Source of the DNA: Octopus sinensis
Lineage: Eukaryota
Length of the DNA stretch: 64,000 nt
Assembly (NCBI RefSeq): GCF_006345805.1
Contig: NC_043014.1
Location: 29,884,001-29,948,000 of the forward strand
Reading direction: 5' to 3'
This document shows, in pieces, positions 1 through 12,476 of the stretch. The first letter of the stretch is position 1. Each line of letters begins with the position of its first letter. Below the pieces are notes generated by a model. That model was given only the letters and a program-made list of their open reading frames with translations. It did not search any database and was not told the origin of the DNA. Position numbers and translations under genes: made by a program.

Positions 1-144
1 ATTGCAGTGATGATTCTTCCAGCTCACTGCCTTGGTAATAACAACAATATTGGTATATAGTATACAGGCAGTTTAAACAAATAAGAATAATAAGTCAAAC
101 TTGTGTTATTGTAAACTGGATAATTAAGATTGAGTAAAGTCATA

Positions 145-790
145 TTCATCATCATTTAACATCCTCTTTCCATGTTAGCGTGGGTTGGACAGTTTTATAT
201 GAGCTGGCAAACCAGAGAGCTGTGTCGAGCTCTGTTGCCAGTTTTGGCATGGTTTCTATGGCTTGATGCCTTTCCTAGTACCAACCACTTTACAGAATGT
301 ACTGGGTGCTTTTTACGTGGCACCAGCACTGGGAGAGCCACCAAGTACCTCACAAGACAGGGCAAAGTCTCCTCAGCTGGGGGAAGTAGTATTGAAGGAG
401 GTGACTTTGTGCCAGTTGATGAGAGGTTAAAAGAATAACAGAGAGATTAAAAAGGGGTCTTGCTGTAGAAGAGATACAAGGATGTCTCAGTTGGAGAGGA
501 AGGAGACTTAGAGAGAAAGATAAAGATGGCAAGAGTGAGAGAAGTGGTGGTACAGTGAAGTGATGGGGAAGGGAAAAGTCTTATAAGAATGAGGGGAGAT
601 GGAATAGAGGGGTCTCTAGTAATTGAAGGTGACCAGTATAGGAGTGTCTCAGGAGGGAGAAGTGTATGTTAGATATGTGAGGACATTGAGAGAGATAAGA
701 TATGAAAGCGGTGTAAGGATGGATGGAGTCTAGCAGAGAAAAGGAGCAACTATTGTAAATATGATACCAAAATGTAAATACTGGACATCT
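145..790 (-). mobile_element. Degenerate RTE-LINE 3'UTR-derived repeat
   Basis: Begins with catcatcatttaacatcctctttccatgttagcgtgggttggac, the reverse complement of the (GAT)n-tailed 3' end seen attached to RTE ORF2 at 1613, 48485 and 53730; followed by a purine-rich tract. Confidence 0.75.
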
Positions 791-1075
791 GTAATAACGG
801 ATGGACATGACACTACTTTTCTACGTGGTGCTTTAATATAAGAAAATTCCCAAACAAGTCACAATAGACCAATGAACAATCCAATTATCAGTGCAGTAAA
901 ACTCATTTACTCATTCCCAGAATACTCCTCAGATAAATATGGCACACACTAGAGGAGCTGAATAAGTGGTCAAGACTAACATAATTACAGCAACTCTTCT
1001 CCGTGGAAAAATTTCTTACTGCAGATAATAAGGTGTAAATACAACAAATCAGTTCTAAGTACCTTCGAACTAGAC

Positions 1076-1121
1076 TGATAGATGCTTGTATTTCAGGGTG
1101 GTTATCTCCTCTTCAGCATTA
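1076..1121 (-). ncRNA. Minimal type-I hammerhead ribozyme motif (degenerate, inverted copy)
   Basis: Minus strand: TAATG-CTGAAGA-GGAG-ATAACCA-CCCT-GAAA-TACAAGCA-TC-TATCA. Both core boxes are intact; stems are damaged. Confidence 0.55.
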
Positions 1122-1327
1122 GATGAAGGTTTGTCAACAGCAAGAAATTTTTCTCTATGACAAAATACAGGGATTGACTTCCATACAAGTTCAAATACAC
1201 CTCAACCAGATTTGAACTGGTAACAAGTTTGTGCTTATACAAACTTAGCACTTCTATTCTGTATGATGGGAATATATTAAGAGATTTACATCTCTTATCA
1301 GTTTGTAGAGTTCCCCTTTCTGGTATC

Positions 1328-1373
1328 TGATGCTGAAGAGGAGATAACCACTCAGAAGTGCATGCATCCATCA
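1328..1373 (+). ncRNA. Minimal type-I hammerhead ribozyme motif (degenerate)
   Basis: TGATG-CTGAAGA-GGAG-ATAACCA-CTCA-GAAG-TGCATGCA-TC-CATCA. Stem I (TGATG/CATCA) is perfect and the CUGANGA core is intact; GAAA is changed to GAAG and stem II has one mismatch. Confidence 0.6.
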
Positions 1374-1570
1374 ATCTAGTTAGAGCTGTGAACTGACTTG
1401 CTATGTTTACACCTATTTCTCAACAGCAAGAAATTTTCTCCATAACAAAACACAGTGAATGGCTTTCCTATGGGTTCAAATATGCATCAAGGATATTTGA
1501 ACTAGTAACAAGTTTGACTTTATACAGACCACTACTTAGTGCTTCTACTCTGTACTATATATCCATATAT

Positions 1571-1603
<33 letters not shown>

Positions 1604-1612
1604 GGATATATA

Positions 1613-4035
1613 TCATCATCATCGTTTAACGTCCGTTTTCCATGCTAGCATGGCTTGGACGGTTCGACTGGGGTCTGGGAAGCCAGGAGGCTGCGCCAGG
1701 CTCCAGTTTGATCTGGCAGTGTTTCTACAGCTGGATGCCCTTCCTACTGCCAACCACTCCGAGAGTGTAGTGGGTGCTTTTTACGTGCCACTGGTACAGG
1801 GGCCAGTAGAGGCTGGCAAATGACCACAATCGGTTGGTGTGTTTTATGTGTCACCAACACAGGCAGCGCTGGCATCAGCCACATTTGGATAGTGCTTTTT
1901 ATGTGCCACCGGCACAGATATCTTAACTACAATTTCCATTTGATTTATATTTTGATGTTGGTGTTGACGTCATTGACTCAATAGGTCTCCCCAAGAACAG
2001 CAGGTCACTCTACAATCCAAGATTAGCACAGCAGGCCATCCTGCGAGCCATGAACTCACTTCATTTGTCAAGTCTTCACAGTCACAGCATATCTCAGAGG
2101 TCTTGGTCTTTGTCATTTCCTTGGTGAGGCCCAACATGCCACCAGCACGGATATCACAACTACAATATCCATTTGATTTTTATTTTGATGTTGATGTACT
2201 TGACACAATAGGTCTCCTCAAGCACATCAGGTTGCCCTATGAACCAAGGTTTGCACAGCAGACCATCCTGTCGGGGCTTCTAAGTCACAGCATATCTTCA
2301 GAGGTCTCGGTCTTTCGTCATAGCCTCTCTGAGGCCCAACGTACAAAGGTCATGCTTGACCACCTCATCCCATGTCTTCCTGGGTCTACCTCTACCCGGG
2401 ATTCCTTCAACAGTTTGGGAGTGGCACTTCTTCACACATCTCTCCTCATCCATCCATAATATATGACCATACCAACGCAAACGTCTCTCCTGCACGCCAC
2501 ATCCGATGCTTCTTATGTCCAACATTTCTCTCAGGGCACTTACACTCTGTCGTGCATGGACACTGACATTACACATCCAGCAGATCATGCTAATTTCATT
2601 TCTGTTGAGCCTATGCATGTCCTCCACAGTCACAGCCCATGTTTCACTGCCATGAAGTATGGTAGTTCGCACACATGCGTCATACAATCTACCTTTCACT
2701 CTGAGCGAGAGACCCTTTGTCATCAGTAGGGGAAGAAGCTTTCTAAACTTTGCCCAGGCTATTCTTATTCTAGTGGTAACACTCTCTGAGCATCCACCCC
2801 TGCTACTAACTTGGTCACCTAGGTAGCGGAAACTATCAACTACTTCTAGTTTCTCCCCCTGGAGTGTAATGGAATCTGTTTTCTGAGCATCTGTGGTGTC
2901 TATTGCCCCTGTGCATCTGCCACACATGAAAGCTATCTTCTCGGTTAATTTTTCTGTGATGTTGCTGCACCACTTATGTGTCCATAGCTTGCACTAGGTA
3001 CATCTTATGGAGTATCTACCTACACCTTTTCTACAGATTGAGAAGGGCCACCTACCTGAAGGGGTGTGTGGTGAGTTTGCCTTCCTACTAACTATAACTT
3101 TGATCTTTGCTACATTCACTCTAAGGTCTTTTGATTCTAAACCCAGCTTCCACACACAAAATTTCTTCTCTAGTTCCGGTAGTGATTCTGCTACGAGGGC
3201 TAGGTCATCACCATAGAGGAGCTCCCAGGGGTAACCCGTCTTGAATTCCTCTGTTATTGCCTGGAGGACTATGATGAATAAAAGGGGACTGAGGGCTGAG
3301 CCTTGGTGGACACCAACTTCTACCTGGAATTCTTCACTGTACTCATTGCCAATCCTAACCTTACAAACAGCCTCTCTGTAAAGAGCCTGTACAGCCCTTA
3401 TTAACCATTCGTCAATTATTAACCATTTGTCAATCTCCAGTTTCTGCATCGCCCACCAGATAAGATCAGGGGACCCTGTCAAAGGCTTTCTCTATGTCCA
3501 CAAAAGCTAAGTATAGGGGTTTATCTTTGGTTAGGTATTTCTCCTGCAGTTGTCAAACCGGGAATATGGCATCAGTGGTGCTTCTACCCAGCACAAGACC
3601 AAACTGCATCTCATCTAAGCAGACACTCTTCCTGATGAGATGGGCTATGACCCTCTCCGTAAGCTTCATTACCTGACCCAGCAGTTTGATGCCCCTGTAA
3701 TTATTTCTATCTAGAGCATCACCTTTATCTTTGTAGCAGTTGACTATGGAGCTGCTATGCCAGTCGTTGGGTATGACTCCATCATGAACTACTTGGTTTA
3801 CAATGTGGATGAGTAGGCTATAGCCCACACCACTAGATGTTTTAAGCATCTCAGCAGTGATTCCTGATGGGCCAGGGGCTTTTCCTGGCTTCATACCCTT
3901 AATTGCTTTATCTACTACGGAGCTGAAGCAATTGTCATGTTTCAAACAGCTTATAAGGACCCTGCCATGAGCAAAACACAAATTTACGAGTGATTTCCAT
4001 GCTTTAGGTATGGTCACTTGTTTCTTGAAAACCAA
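1613..4035 (-). mobile_element. 5'-truncated RTE-clade LINE (RT, C-terminal region and 3'UTR), disrupted
   Basis: ORFs 3553-4035 (KAPGPSG, NYRGIKLL, QFG..GRSTTDAIF), 2994-3482 (GVHQGSALSPLLF, LLYGDDL) and 2298-2927 (FRYLG, RLRWYGH, GRGRPRKTW); (CAT)n tail at ~1613. Confidence 0.93.
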
Positions 4036-4190
4036 CCTCGTCCCTCAACCTCCTGAACGGATGAAAACATGAAAATTCACCAAACAATTGACGAACTTGT
4101 TGATATGACTGGTGTGTCCTGGAGCACTTGCCTGCAAATTTTGAGCAAAGAATTGCAACAAAATTTGTGCCTCGCTTGCACACAGAAGAT
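4036..4190 (+). mobile_element. Mariner transposase N-terminal fragment
   Basis: IDELVDMTGVSWSTCLQILSKEL followed by frameshifted IATKFVPRLHTEDQ, resembling the mariner HTH and WVPxxL region. Confidence 0.6.
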
Positions 4191-4319
4191 CAAACATACA
4201 TATTCAAATACTCACCCCCATTCATATATACACACACATCATTCTCACATACACACGCGCTTTTGAGCAGATTTGTTCAGCTGGGTCACCGTTATTATCT
4301 CCCTTCCATTCAGTCTCTT

Positions 4320-4585
4320 CTGGCATGATCTGCTGGATGTATAATGTCAGTGTCCATGCACGACAGAGTGTAAGTGCCCTGAGAGAAATGTTGGACATAA
4401 GAAGCATCGGATGTGGCGTGCAGGAGAGACGGTTGCGTTGGTATGGTCATGTATTATGGATGGATGAGGAGAGATGTGTGAAGAAGTGCCACTCCCAAAC
4501 TGTTGAAGGAATCCCGGGTAGAGGTAGACTCAGGAAGACATGGGATGAGGTGGTCAAGCATGACCTTTGTACATTGGGCCTCACA
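4320..4585 (+). mobile_element. RTE LINE C-terminal fragment
   Basis: ORF 4325: RRLRWYGHVLWMDEERCVKKC...GRGRLRKTWDEVVKHDL, nearly identical to 2298-2560 in the opposite orientation. Confidence 0.9.
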
Positions 4586-5624
4586 TGTGGAACTGTTAAT
4601 CCTTTCACATTTTTTTTCTCTCTCTATTTTTTCTTTCATTCTCTCTCCTTTTTTTACTCTTAATCCTTTCTGTTGAAAAGTGTCGGCTTGAAACATAAAA
4701 GACTTTTCCATTCTTCCCAAGCATTAAATTAATACACCTGCTTGTTGTTTCAACACTTGTCTATGTTTCGTTTTCTGTAAATGTATGCTACATGTTATGT
4801 ATGCTCATGTGGTCGCCCCAGTTTTATTCTGCCTGAATGAACTTCCTACTCTCTTGGACTCTCATCTTAATTACTTCCCGAACTTTCAGTACCTCTCCTC
4901 ATGCACATAACCAGCACTCCATCCAGAGTATCAATGGATCTTCGTACCTGTTCGGACTCTACTTCCATGGATATTACTGGCTGTTTTTGTTGTTGTAAAT
5001 CACACTAATCTATCACAACTTTCAAACTTTTTGAATTTTTTAACTCCGTACTTTAATAACATATCCATTTTCTCTCCATTTTAACTTTTTTCTCGTACTC
5101 CTTTTTCCAACATGTCTAATTATAAATCCTTCCTCCTTCAACTTCACCGCCGCCTCAAAAAACACCTTACCAAGCTTCCTTCCTGCTACTTTCAGCCTTC
5201 TATTCATTTAAAAAAAAGAAAAAAACACGTTTCTTTAGCCATGTTTCCTTTCTCAGTCACTGCCTTCATCACAGCCTCATCTCCAAAGATTTTCCGCCTC
5301 CATTTCCATCCTACCTCCTATTCTGCTTCTGCCATTTTACCCATACTCCGCTCCACTTCCTGCTACCATTTGTTATAATCTTTCCAAAATACACACCTTT
5401 GACTACCTTCTCCTCATCGCTTATTCCACCTATTTTTCCTGCTGCCTACTGTCCATTGCTCACACTATCTCACACTTCATCCTCCATGACTTTTTTACTC
5501 GCACTAAACAACTAGAGTTCACTCGCACTTTCATCCTGTCCCACCCAACGCCACTACACCCTCCCCAATCCACTCCCACTGCATCCTTTTGTTTTCTGTA
5601 AATTTGAACTATATGTGTATTATG

Positions 5625-5850
5625 TGTGTGTGTATATATGTGTGTGTGTGTGTGTGTTTGTCCCCCCACAACATCGCTTGACAACCGATGCAGATGCATT
5701 TACATCCCTGTAACTTAGCGGTCCGGAAAAAGAAACTAATGGAATAAGTACTAGGCTTACAAAGAATAAGTTCTGGGGTCGATTTGCTCGACTAAAGGCG
5801 GTGCTCCAGCATGGCCACAGTCAAATGACTGAAACACGTAAAAGAATATA
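5625..5850 (+). mobile_element. SINE 3' half (same family as 28247-28660)
   Basis: (TG)n then tttgtcccccc...cttgacaaccgatgc...ggggtcgatttgctcgactaaaggcggtgctccagcatggccacagtcaaatgactgaaac. Confidence 0.85.
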
Positions 5851-6189
5851 TAAAAGGGAGTTCATGTGCGTGTGTGCATATATTCCTTATGGATTCGAAA
5901 TCTGAGTAGCTGATTTTGATGTATGAGGTATCAAAAGATTCAGTAATCTTTTGTCTACCAGAGAAAATATGTTTTTTGCACAACAAATCCTTTTTACTAT
6001 AAAAATAACCTTGAAAACAGGGTTGCATTGCACAATTTTGAAGTCTTTAGCTAAGGGAAGCAACTCTGCCAGACACAATACTTGATTTAACATCAAATGT
6101 AAATACACAAACACATATTAGGTGCATCTACATTGATACCCATTCAGTCCCTCTGCATGGTAACCTGGGCGAGTGTTTTCTACTATAGA

Positions 6190-6470
6190 CCTAGGCCAAC
6201 CAGTGATTTGTGACCATTTGGGCTCTCCTACCAAAGGTTGTAGCATTCACATCTCTCACCACACCATCCATATATAAATTAAACAGCCTTGGAGACATCG
6301 CACAACCCTGTCTTAAACCCACCTTCACATCAAACCACTCACTTACTTCACCACTCACCCTAACGCATGCCCTACTTTCTCTATAAAAACTCTGTACAGC
6401 TCTCAACAATCCACCATCTACTCCATACAACTGCAACACCTGCCACATGGCATCCGTATCCACACAGACC
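6190..6470 (-). mobile_element. LINE reverse-transcriptase fragment (RTE-like)
   Basis: ORF 6191-6463: LLRAVQSFYRESRACVRV..SEWFDVKVGLRQGCAMSPRLFNLYMD. Confidence 0.88.
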
Positions 6471-7082
6471 TTCTCTTAAAATGGAGGGGCTGAAATTCTA
6501 ACGGGGAAGGGGCAGGGGCTAAGCATGCCATAGCTCTGCTGTGGCTATGTGCCTACCATACACATATGCATACATACAATTCACCCTAAAAATACAAGCA
6601 ATGCTGACCCAAGCAATTTTGGATGAATAATGGGTTTATTCTTTTGGTAGCTTGTGTCGCTAAAGTGTAGAAAGTATGTTTTTATTTTTTAAAGACCATT
6701 TTTATGAAAATGTTTTTTTAATTTCAGGGAGACCACCATCATGGAATGTCATAGTATAGGATGTGACTTCCTTGAGTGTGGGGCCCGATTCAGAGCAATC
6801 GGTCCAATTGGCTTAAGGCCAATATATAGATATATATTCAGTTGCAGGATTTGTAGAATCTAGGTATTTCAATGTGTAGGATGTCAGGAAAGACCAGGTA
6901 CCAGTCTTGCAATATTCAGTGGTGTACTACAAGTCTGTACATCTACATCTGCATATCTATCCATATATAAGCACACATAGACAAATGTATACTTACATAT
7001 ATAAGTACCTGATTCATACAAACTGTAGAGCCAACCTAGGGGTGGTTCCAAGTGTAGCGTGTATATAAAAGAACACAAATAT

Positions 7083-7284
7083 CTGTTTCAGCAGCATTTT
7101 ATTGATGATCTCTTAGATAACATCATAACAAAAATCTGCCATTTTCAGGGGATTCTAAACAAATAGAGTGGTAAAGTAGTGAAGTACCTTATCACTCTGT
7201 TTGTTTCCTTAAGATCACCTGAAGATGGCAGATTTTTGTTATGATGTAATCTAAGAATTCATAAATAAAATGCTGCTGAAACAG
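7083..7284. repeat. ~200-bp near-perfect inverted repeat (hairpin) element
   Basis: ctgtttcagcagcatttt...aaaatgctgctgaaacag and cttagataacatcataacaaaaatctgccattttcagg...cctgaagatggcagatttttgttatgatgtaatctaag pair across a short central loop. Confidence 0.92.
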
Positions 7285-7334
7285 CTGTTGTAAATTTTAA
7301 ACCCTATTTGTGTTATTTTATACACACACACACA

Positions 7335-8568
7335 CACGAGGGGAAATCAAAAATTGTTTGCACTTTTGCCATAACATATCTTTATTATTGTCACACTGCC
7401 TTCTGCACAGTGTGCTTATAGTTGGTACTATTGTGGTCACGTGATCAAAGTTTGAGACTGATCGTACCACTTTTCTTTCTGGCTTTACAGTGTAATCATG
7501 GCCACTCCAAAAGCAATGAGCACCAAAGAAGAACAAAGAGCAGTGATCCAATTTCTCTGGTCGGAAGGTATTTCAGGTGCTGATATTCCTCATAAGCACA
7601 ATACAGGGACAGTGTACTGCTGCGTAAAAGTGTGTATGAGTGGATCAAGAGGTTTGAAAATGGCCAATCAAGCATGACGCACAAAGAGGGAGCAGGACGT
7701 CCATCAAGCTCCACCACTGATGAGAAGATTCAGCAAGCTTGAGAGATGATAATGGTGAACCAGTGAGTTATCATCGATGAGGTAGCTTGTTCTCTGCAGA
7801 TTAATTATGGTTCTGTCTATCAAATTATCCACAAAGTCTGTGCAAGATGGGTTCCAAGAGAGCCTATGCAGAACACAAGCACAAACGTTTTGAAGGCGAG
7901 GAATTTTTGAGCAGAAGTCACAGGAAATGAAATGTGGGTCTATCGTTATGAGGCAGAATCCAAAAGACAGTGTATGGAGTGGCAACATCCTGGGTTGCCA
8001 GTGATGAAGAAATTCAAGACCCAGTCTTCCATGAGAAAGGTGATGCTAACCCGTTTTGGGGACTTAAAAGGGTCTATACTAGAAGACTACCTGGAAAAGG
8101 TGTGTATGGTCTACAATGCTTTGCTGTCCAACAAACTGATGCCAGCAATTCACACCAAATGCTGAAGCCTATTGTCGAAGAAAGTTTTGCTGTTGCATGA
8201 CAATGCATGCCAACACACGGCCGCCCAGACCATTGAAACCATTAACCAATTCGGTTTTGAGTTGCTGGAACACCCTGCCTACAGCTCAGATCTTGCCCCT
8301 TCCAACTATCATATCTTTGGCCCACTCAAAGATGGTTTAAAAGGTTGTTGATTTCCTATGGATGATGTGAAGGAAACGGTGCATAAATGGTTACACGATT
8401 AACTGGAAACCTTCTTCTTGGAAGGAATACACAAGCTTGTGGACCACTGGACAAAGTGCATTGAAAAGGAAGGAGACTATATAGAAAAATGACATACTTG
8501 TTTATCCCCTGCTTTTGTGTAAATACATTGAAAAAACAAGAGCTTGTATAATTTTTGACTCTCTCGTG
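7335..8568 (+). mobile_element. Full-length inactivated mariner (Tc1/mariner) transposon
   Basis: Imperfect TIRs cacgaggggaaatcaaaaatt / aatttttgactctctcgtg, length ~1.23 kb; motifs WVPREL-like, YRYEAESKRQCMEW, HDNA..HT, HPAYSSDLAPS.YHIFGPLK; stops and frameshifts present. Confidence 0.92.
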
Positions 8569-8609
8569 TGTATATATATATATTTATATGTGTATACGGT
8601 GTGTGTGCA

Positions 8610-10440
8610 TATATCCTCATCATATGTCTGTTTTCCATGCTGGGATGGGTTCAGTGGTTTAATAAAAGCTGGCAAGTTAGAGGGCTCTGCCAGACCCTAT
8701 CGTCTGCTTCAGCATAGTTTCTATGGCTGAATGCCCTACCTAATGCTAACCACTTTACAGAGTGTACTGGGCGCTCTTTTTAAGGCACTAGCATTGTTAG
8801 GGGTCACCAAATAACTTGCAAGACAAGACAAAGTCCTCTCAACTGGGAGGAGGTTGCTTTGTGTAAGTTGATAAGAGGTTAGAGGGGTAGAGATGGCTAC
8901 CTTGCTGTAAAGGATAAATAAGGATATCCCAGATGGAACAGGAGGGAGGAAAGAGAGAGGTGGCAGGAGTGAGAGAGATGGTGATGGATATGTCAGGATA
9001 CACCCTCAAGGTACAGTGGTGACTATAGGTGAAGTGATATAGACTACTGGATTGGATGAGTGATCAGGAAGCACAGAAGGGAAAATTTCATAAGAATGGG
9101 AGGAGAGAGGGTTAGATGGGATAGCGGTGACTCTAGTAATTGCAGGTGAGATATAGGAATGGTTATGTTAGATATGTGAGGAGATTGGGAGTGATAGGGG
9201 ATAAAGGAGATGTTAAGGATGTATAGTAGCGAGGAGGGAGTGTGGCTGGAGGAAGGTAATGAGAAATGGAGGTGGTACTAAAGATGGAGTATAGCAAAGG
9301 AGAGAGAACATGGCTGGAAAAAGATAAAGAAAGATAATAGAAGTGGTTCTGGGAAGTGGGAGGAAAGAGGAAGGTAATGAAAGGAAGAGGATGTGGAGCC
9401 TATTCTGCTCTCAGGTGATTATGGTAGCCAAATAATACTATAGATAAAGAAGTGATGAGTGTTAGGGAATGAGATGTGAGGGAAACTTGGAGGGATGATG
9501 AGAATGGAAGCGGGATGGTTTTAGGATATCAGTTCTGTTGTAGTGGATGGATCTTCTCAAGCACAGCAAGGTGCCAGATATCTTATTCCTTTGTCATCTC
9601 CTTCATAAGGCTCGGAATCTTGAGACCAACCTTCAATATTTCATCTCATGTTTTCCTGGGTCTGCCTCTTCCATGGCTTCTCTCCACTTTCAGTGATTGA
9701 CATGCCTAACATTTTTCTCAATACACTAGTGTTTTGTTGCACATTTACACTGACACTGCACATTCAGTGGAGCATACTAGCTTCTTTAATCTTTGCATGT
9801 TGTCTGCATTCAAGGTCCATGTCTTATTACTATGTAGGATTGTTGTTTGTACACATGTCTCACATAACCTTACTTTCACTTAGAGAGAGAAAGACCTGTG
9901 TTTACCAATAGAGGTGAAATCTGAACTTTTTCCATTCTATTCTTATTCTAACAATCACACTTTTTGTACATCCTCCTTCACTGCTAATTTGGTCATATTG
10001 GTTGCAGAAAATTATCTATAACCTCTAGAAAGCCTCTGGTATATTTGAGAAAATCAATTTCCCATGTACCTGTTGACTTTATGGCTCCTGTGTATCCTCC
10101 ACACATACACACACTACTTTCTCTGTTAATCCTCCTGTGGTTCCACTGAATCTTTTGTAGGTCCATAGGTTGCTCTAAGTACACTGAATGGAGTTCCTAC
10201 CCACACCTTTTCTATATTTGAGCAATGCCTTTTACCTGGAGTGGGTAGGGTCCTGTCTGTTATCATGCTTACTTGGTCTTTGTTAAGTTAACTTTAAGGC
10301 TGTTCAATTCCAGGTCTTGTTTCCGTACCTGGAGTTTCTTTTCTAATTTTGTTGAGAGCAAGATCATCAGCATATAGTAGCTCTCATGGGCAGCCAGACT
10401 TAAATTCCTGTTATGGCCTGGAGGATGATGATGAAAAATA
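8610..10440 (-). mobile_element. Old degenerate RTE LINE (3'UTR plus ORF2 remnant)
   Basis: ttttccatgctgggatgggtt 3'UTR motif, purine-rich tract, then decayed homology to 2300-3300 (ttcctgggtctgcctcttcc, ggcctggaggatgatgatgaa). Confidence 0.75.
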
Positions 10441-11039
10441 ACGAGTGAGCAGTGTGGTTGTGTATGTATTTATATATGTAAACTCTATAATCCGTTCAAG
10501 AAATATTAGGTTTACAAGAGCTAAATTGAAATGAATTAAATTAGGTATAATACTTAAGGAATAGATAAGAAATAAATACATAGTATGTTATATCAGAGAG
10601 GAAGTGGAAGAATCTATAAGAAAAGAATGCTGTCATTAATGTTAGGAAAGTAGCTTATGTAGAATTTTTTTTGGGAAATTCTAAGCATTTTATTAAATGT
10701 GAACATGAGATTAATAACTCATCATACTTATTGAAGTTATAATTGAGATTTTCTAGTGTCTCCCCCAAGCACAAATTACTGTTACTACTGTCTCTTTGTA
10801 AGGAAAAGCATTACCTATAATAGATGATGAAAAGAAATTGTCTATTTTCTTTTGAGGTCCCAGATGGACTTGGTTAATGAAGTGCAATTTTCTTTCGTAT
10901 TTAAAAGAATTAACATGGTTATGTAATCTGGCCTTGAATTTTGAACTGGTATTTCCTATGTAATAATTGACACTCAGATGTTTTGACTGAGTACTTAACC
11001 AATGTCTGAGAAATAGTCTCTCTAAAGGGTTTTCTTAAC

Positions 11040-11400
11040 TCAAGGTTACCTCCTTTGGCACTCCCTACTGGGGAAGGCTAGAAATGCATCGAAGAATCCA
11101 ACAAATGTTGCCACTGAACTGATAATAGTGTATTTACACTTTCTGCTATGAGCAAGAATTTTTTCTGTGGTAAACTACAGTAAAATTGCCTTTAGAAGTT
11201 AAATGTCACCTATATATTTGAACCTAAAGTTTGTTTATTTCTCATCATTGCTTCATGCTAGTAATGTATTTGTTCATACCAGGAGATCTACGAGTAAAAA
11301 AAATCAGTCACTATTGACTGACTTATTATAAGGCTACATCTTTCTGTTAGCGCAGGGTTACCTCTCTTGGTATCCCTTACAGAGGAAGCATAACAAACCA
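11040..11400 (+). mobile_element. Degenerate relic related to the 1007-1555 element
   Basis: actgaactgataatagtgtatttacac...agcaagaattttttct...tatttgaacc..aagtttg aligns by eye with ~1390-1520; internal direct repeat ggttacctc. Confidence 0.5.
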
Positions 11401-12414
11401 GAAATAATTTTTTGACCACTTTTCCAACTAGCATGATTTAAAGAAGTCCTCTTGAACACATCTCACCACTTGTTGCATTCGTTTTGTCACCTTTTTTTGT
11501 AAGCTTCAGCTTCCAGAGATCAGTCTTCATCACTACTCAGTTCCAAGTCTTGTCATTGATCCTTCTTATACCCAATTCTCTTGGTTCTTCTCTGCTTTGT
11601 CATTCATGTACATTAACATTACATATTCAGTAGATCATGCCTCATTTTTTCACACATCTGCATTCAGTGACCACATCTTATGCATCATAACATTTTCTAC
11701 ACATGCAATGGTAATAGCCACTTGAACTTTTTATACCTTAATCTAATTCTGGTCACTACACTTTCAGTACACCCTTCTCTACTGCTGATTAGGTCATCTA
11801 GTGAACAGGAGCTTTCTATTTCTAGAGAACCTTCTGAGCATTGCAAACAATTTTACTGGTACTCTGAAGGATTACTACAAATGTACATCTAGCATAAACA
11901 TCTGTCAGTCTACCTTCAATTCCACTACACTTCTTGTGCAACCAAAGTTTACATAGGATACACTGCATGGATTTTACCAACATTTTTGGATACTAGGCAG
12001 TCAAGTGTTATCAAGTGTCCTACCATCTTTCACATACACCTGTATGCATGTACACTCATACTTAGGTGTGCATGTTTTTAAGGACCAACAGTTGCTAGAC
12101 AAAATTAATCATTGCCATTTTTATTTCTATTTTATCACTCATCCAACTATAATGTTTACCCAATTGGTTTAATCAAAAATACTTTATTGTACATTTTCTG
12201 TTGAAATAGACGAGGGTACACAATTTGGAAAATGAGAGCATAAAATTATCTCAAGAAGCTGATTATAGAAAATGCATATATACAATTATGTATGAATGCA
12301 AGTCAGAAAGTGAAACTTGATACAGTTCTCTGGTTTGGCAACTCCTGTCAAATTATCCAACCCATGCTATCATGGAAAATGGATGTTAAATGGTGATGAT
12401 AACAGTGGTATTTG

Positions 12415-12431
12415 TATATAATATATATATA

Positions 12432-12472
<41 letters not shown>
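12415..12472. repeat. (TA)n microsatellite
   Basis: Direct reading. Confidence 0.95.

Positions 12473-12476
<4 letters not shown>

Larger units (their letters stand above)
1007..1555. mobile_element. Penelope-like pseudo-LTR relic (inverted plus direct repeats)
   Basis: Arms ~1007-1126 and ~1324-1441 are inverted copies; ~1135-1260 is directly repeated at ~1420-1555. Each arm carries a hammerhead-like core. No PLE ORF seen, so the family call is inferred. Confidence 0.55.
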
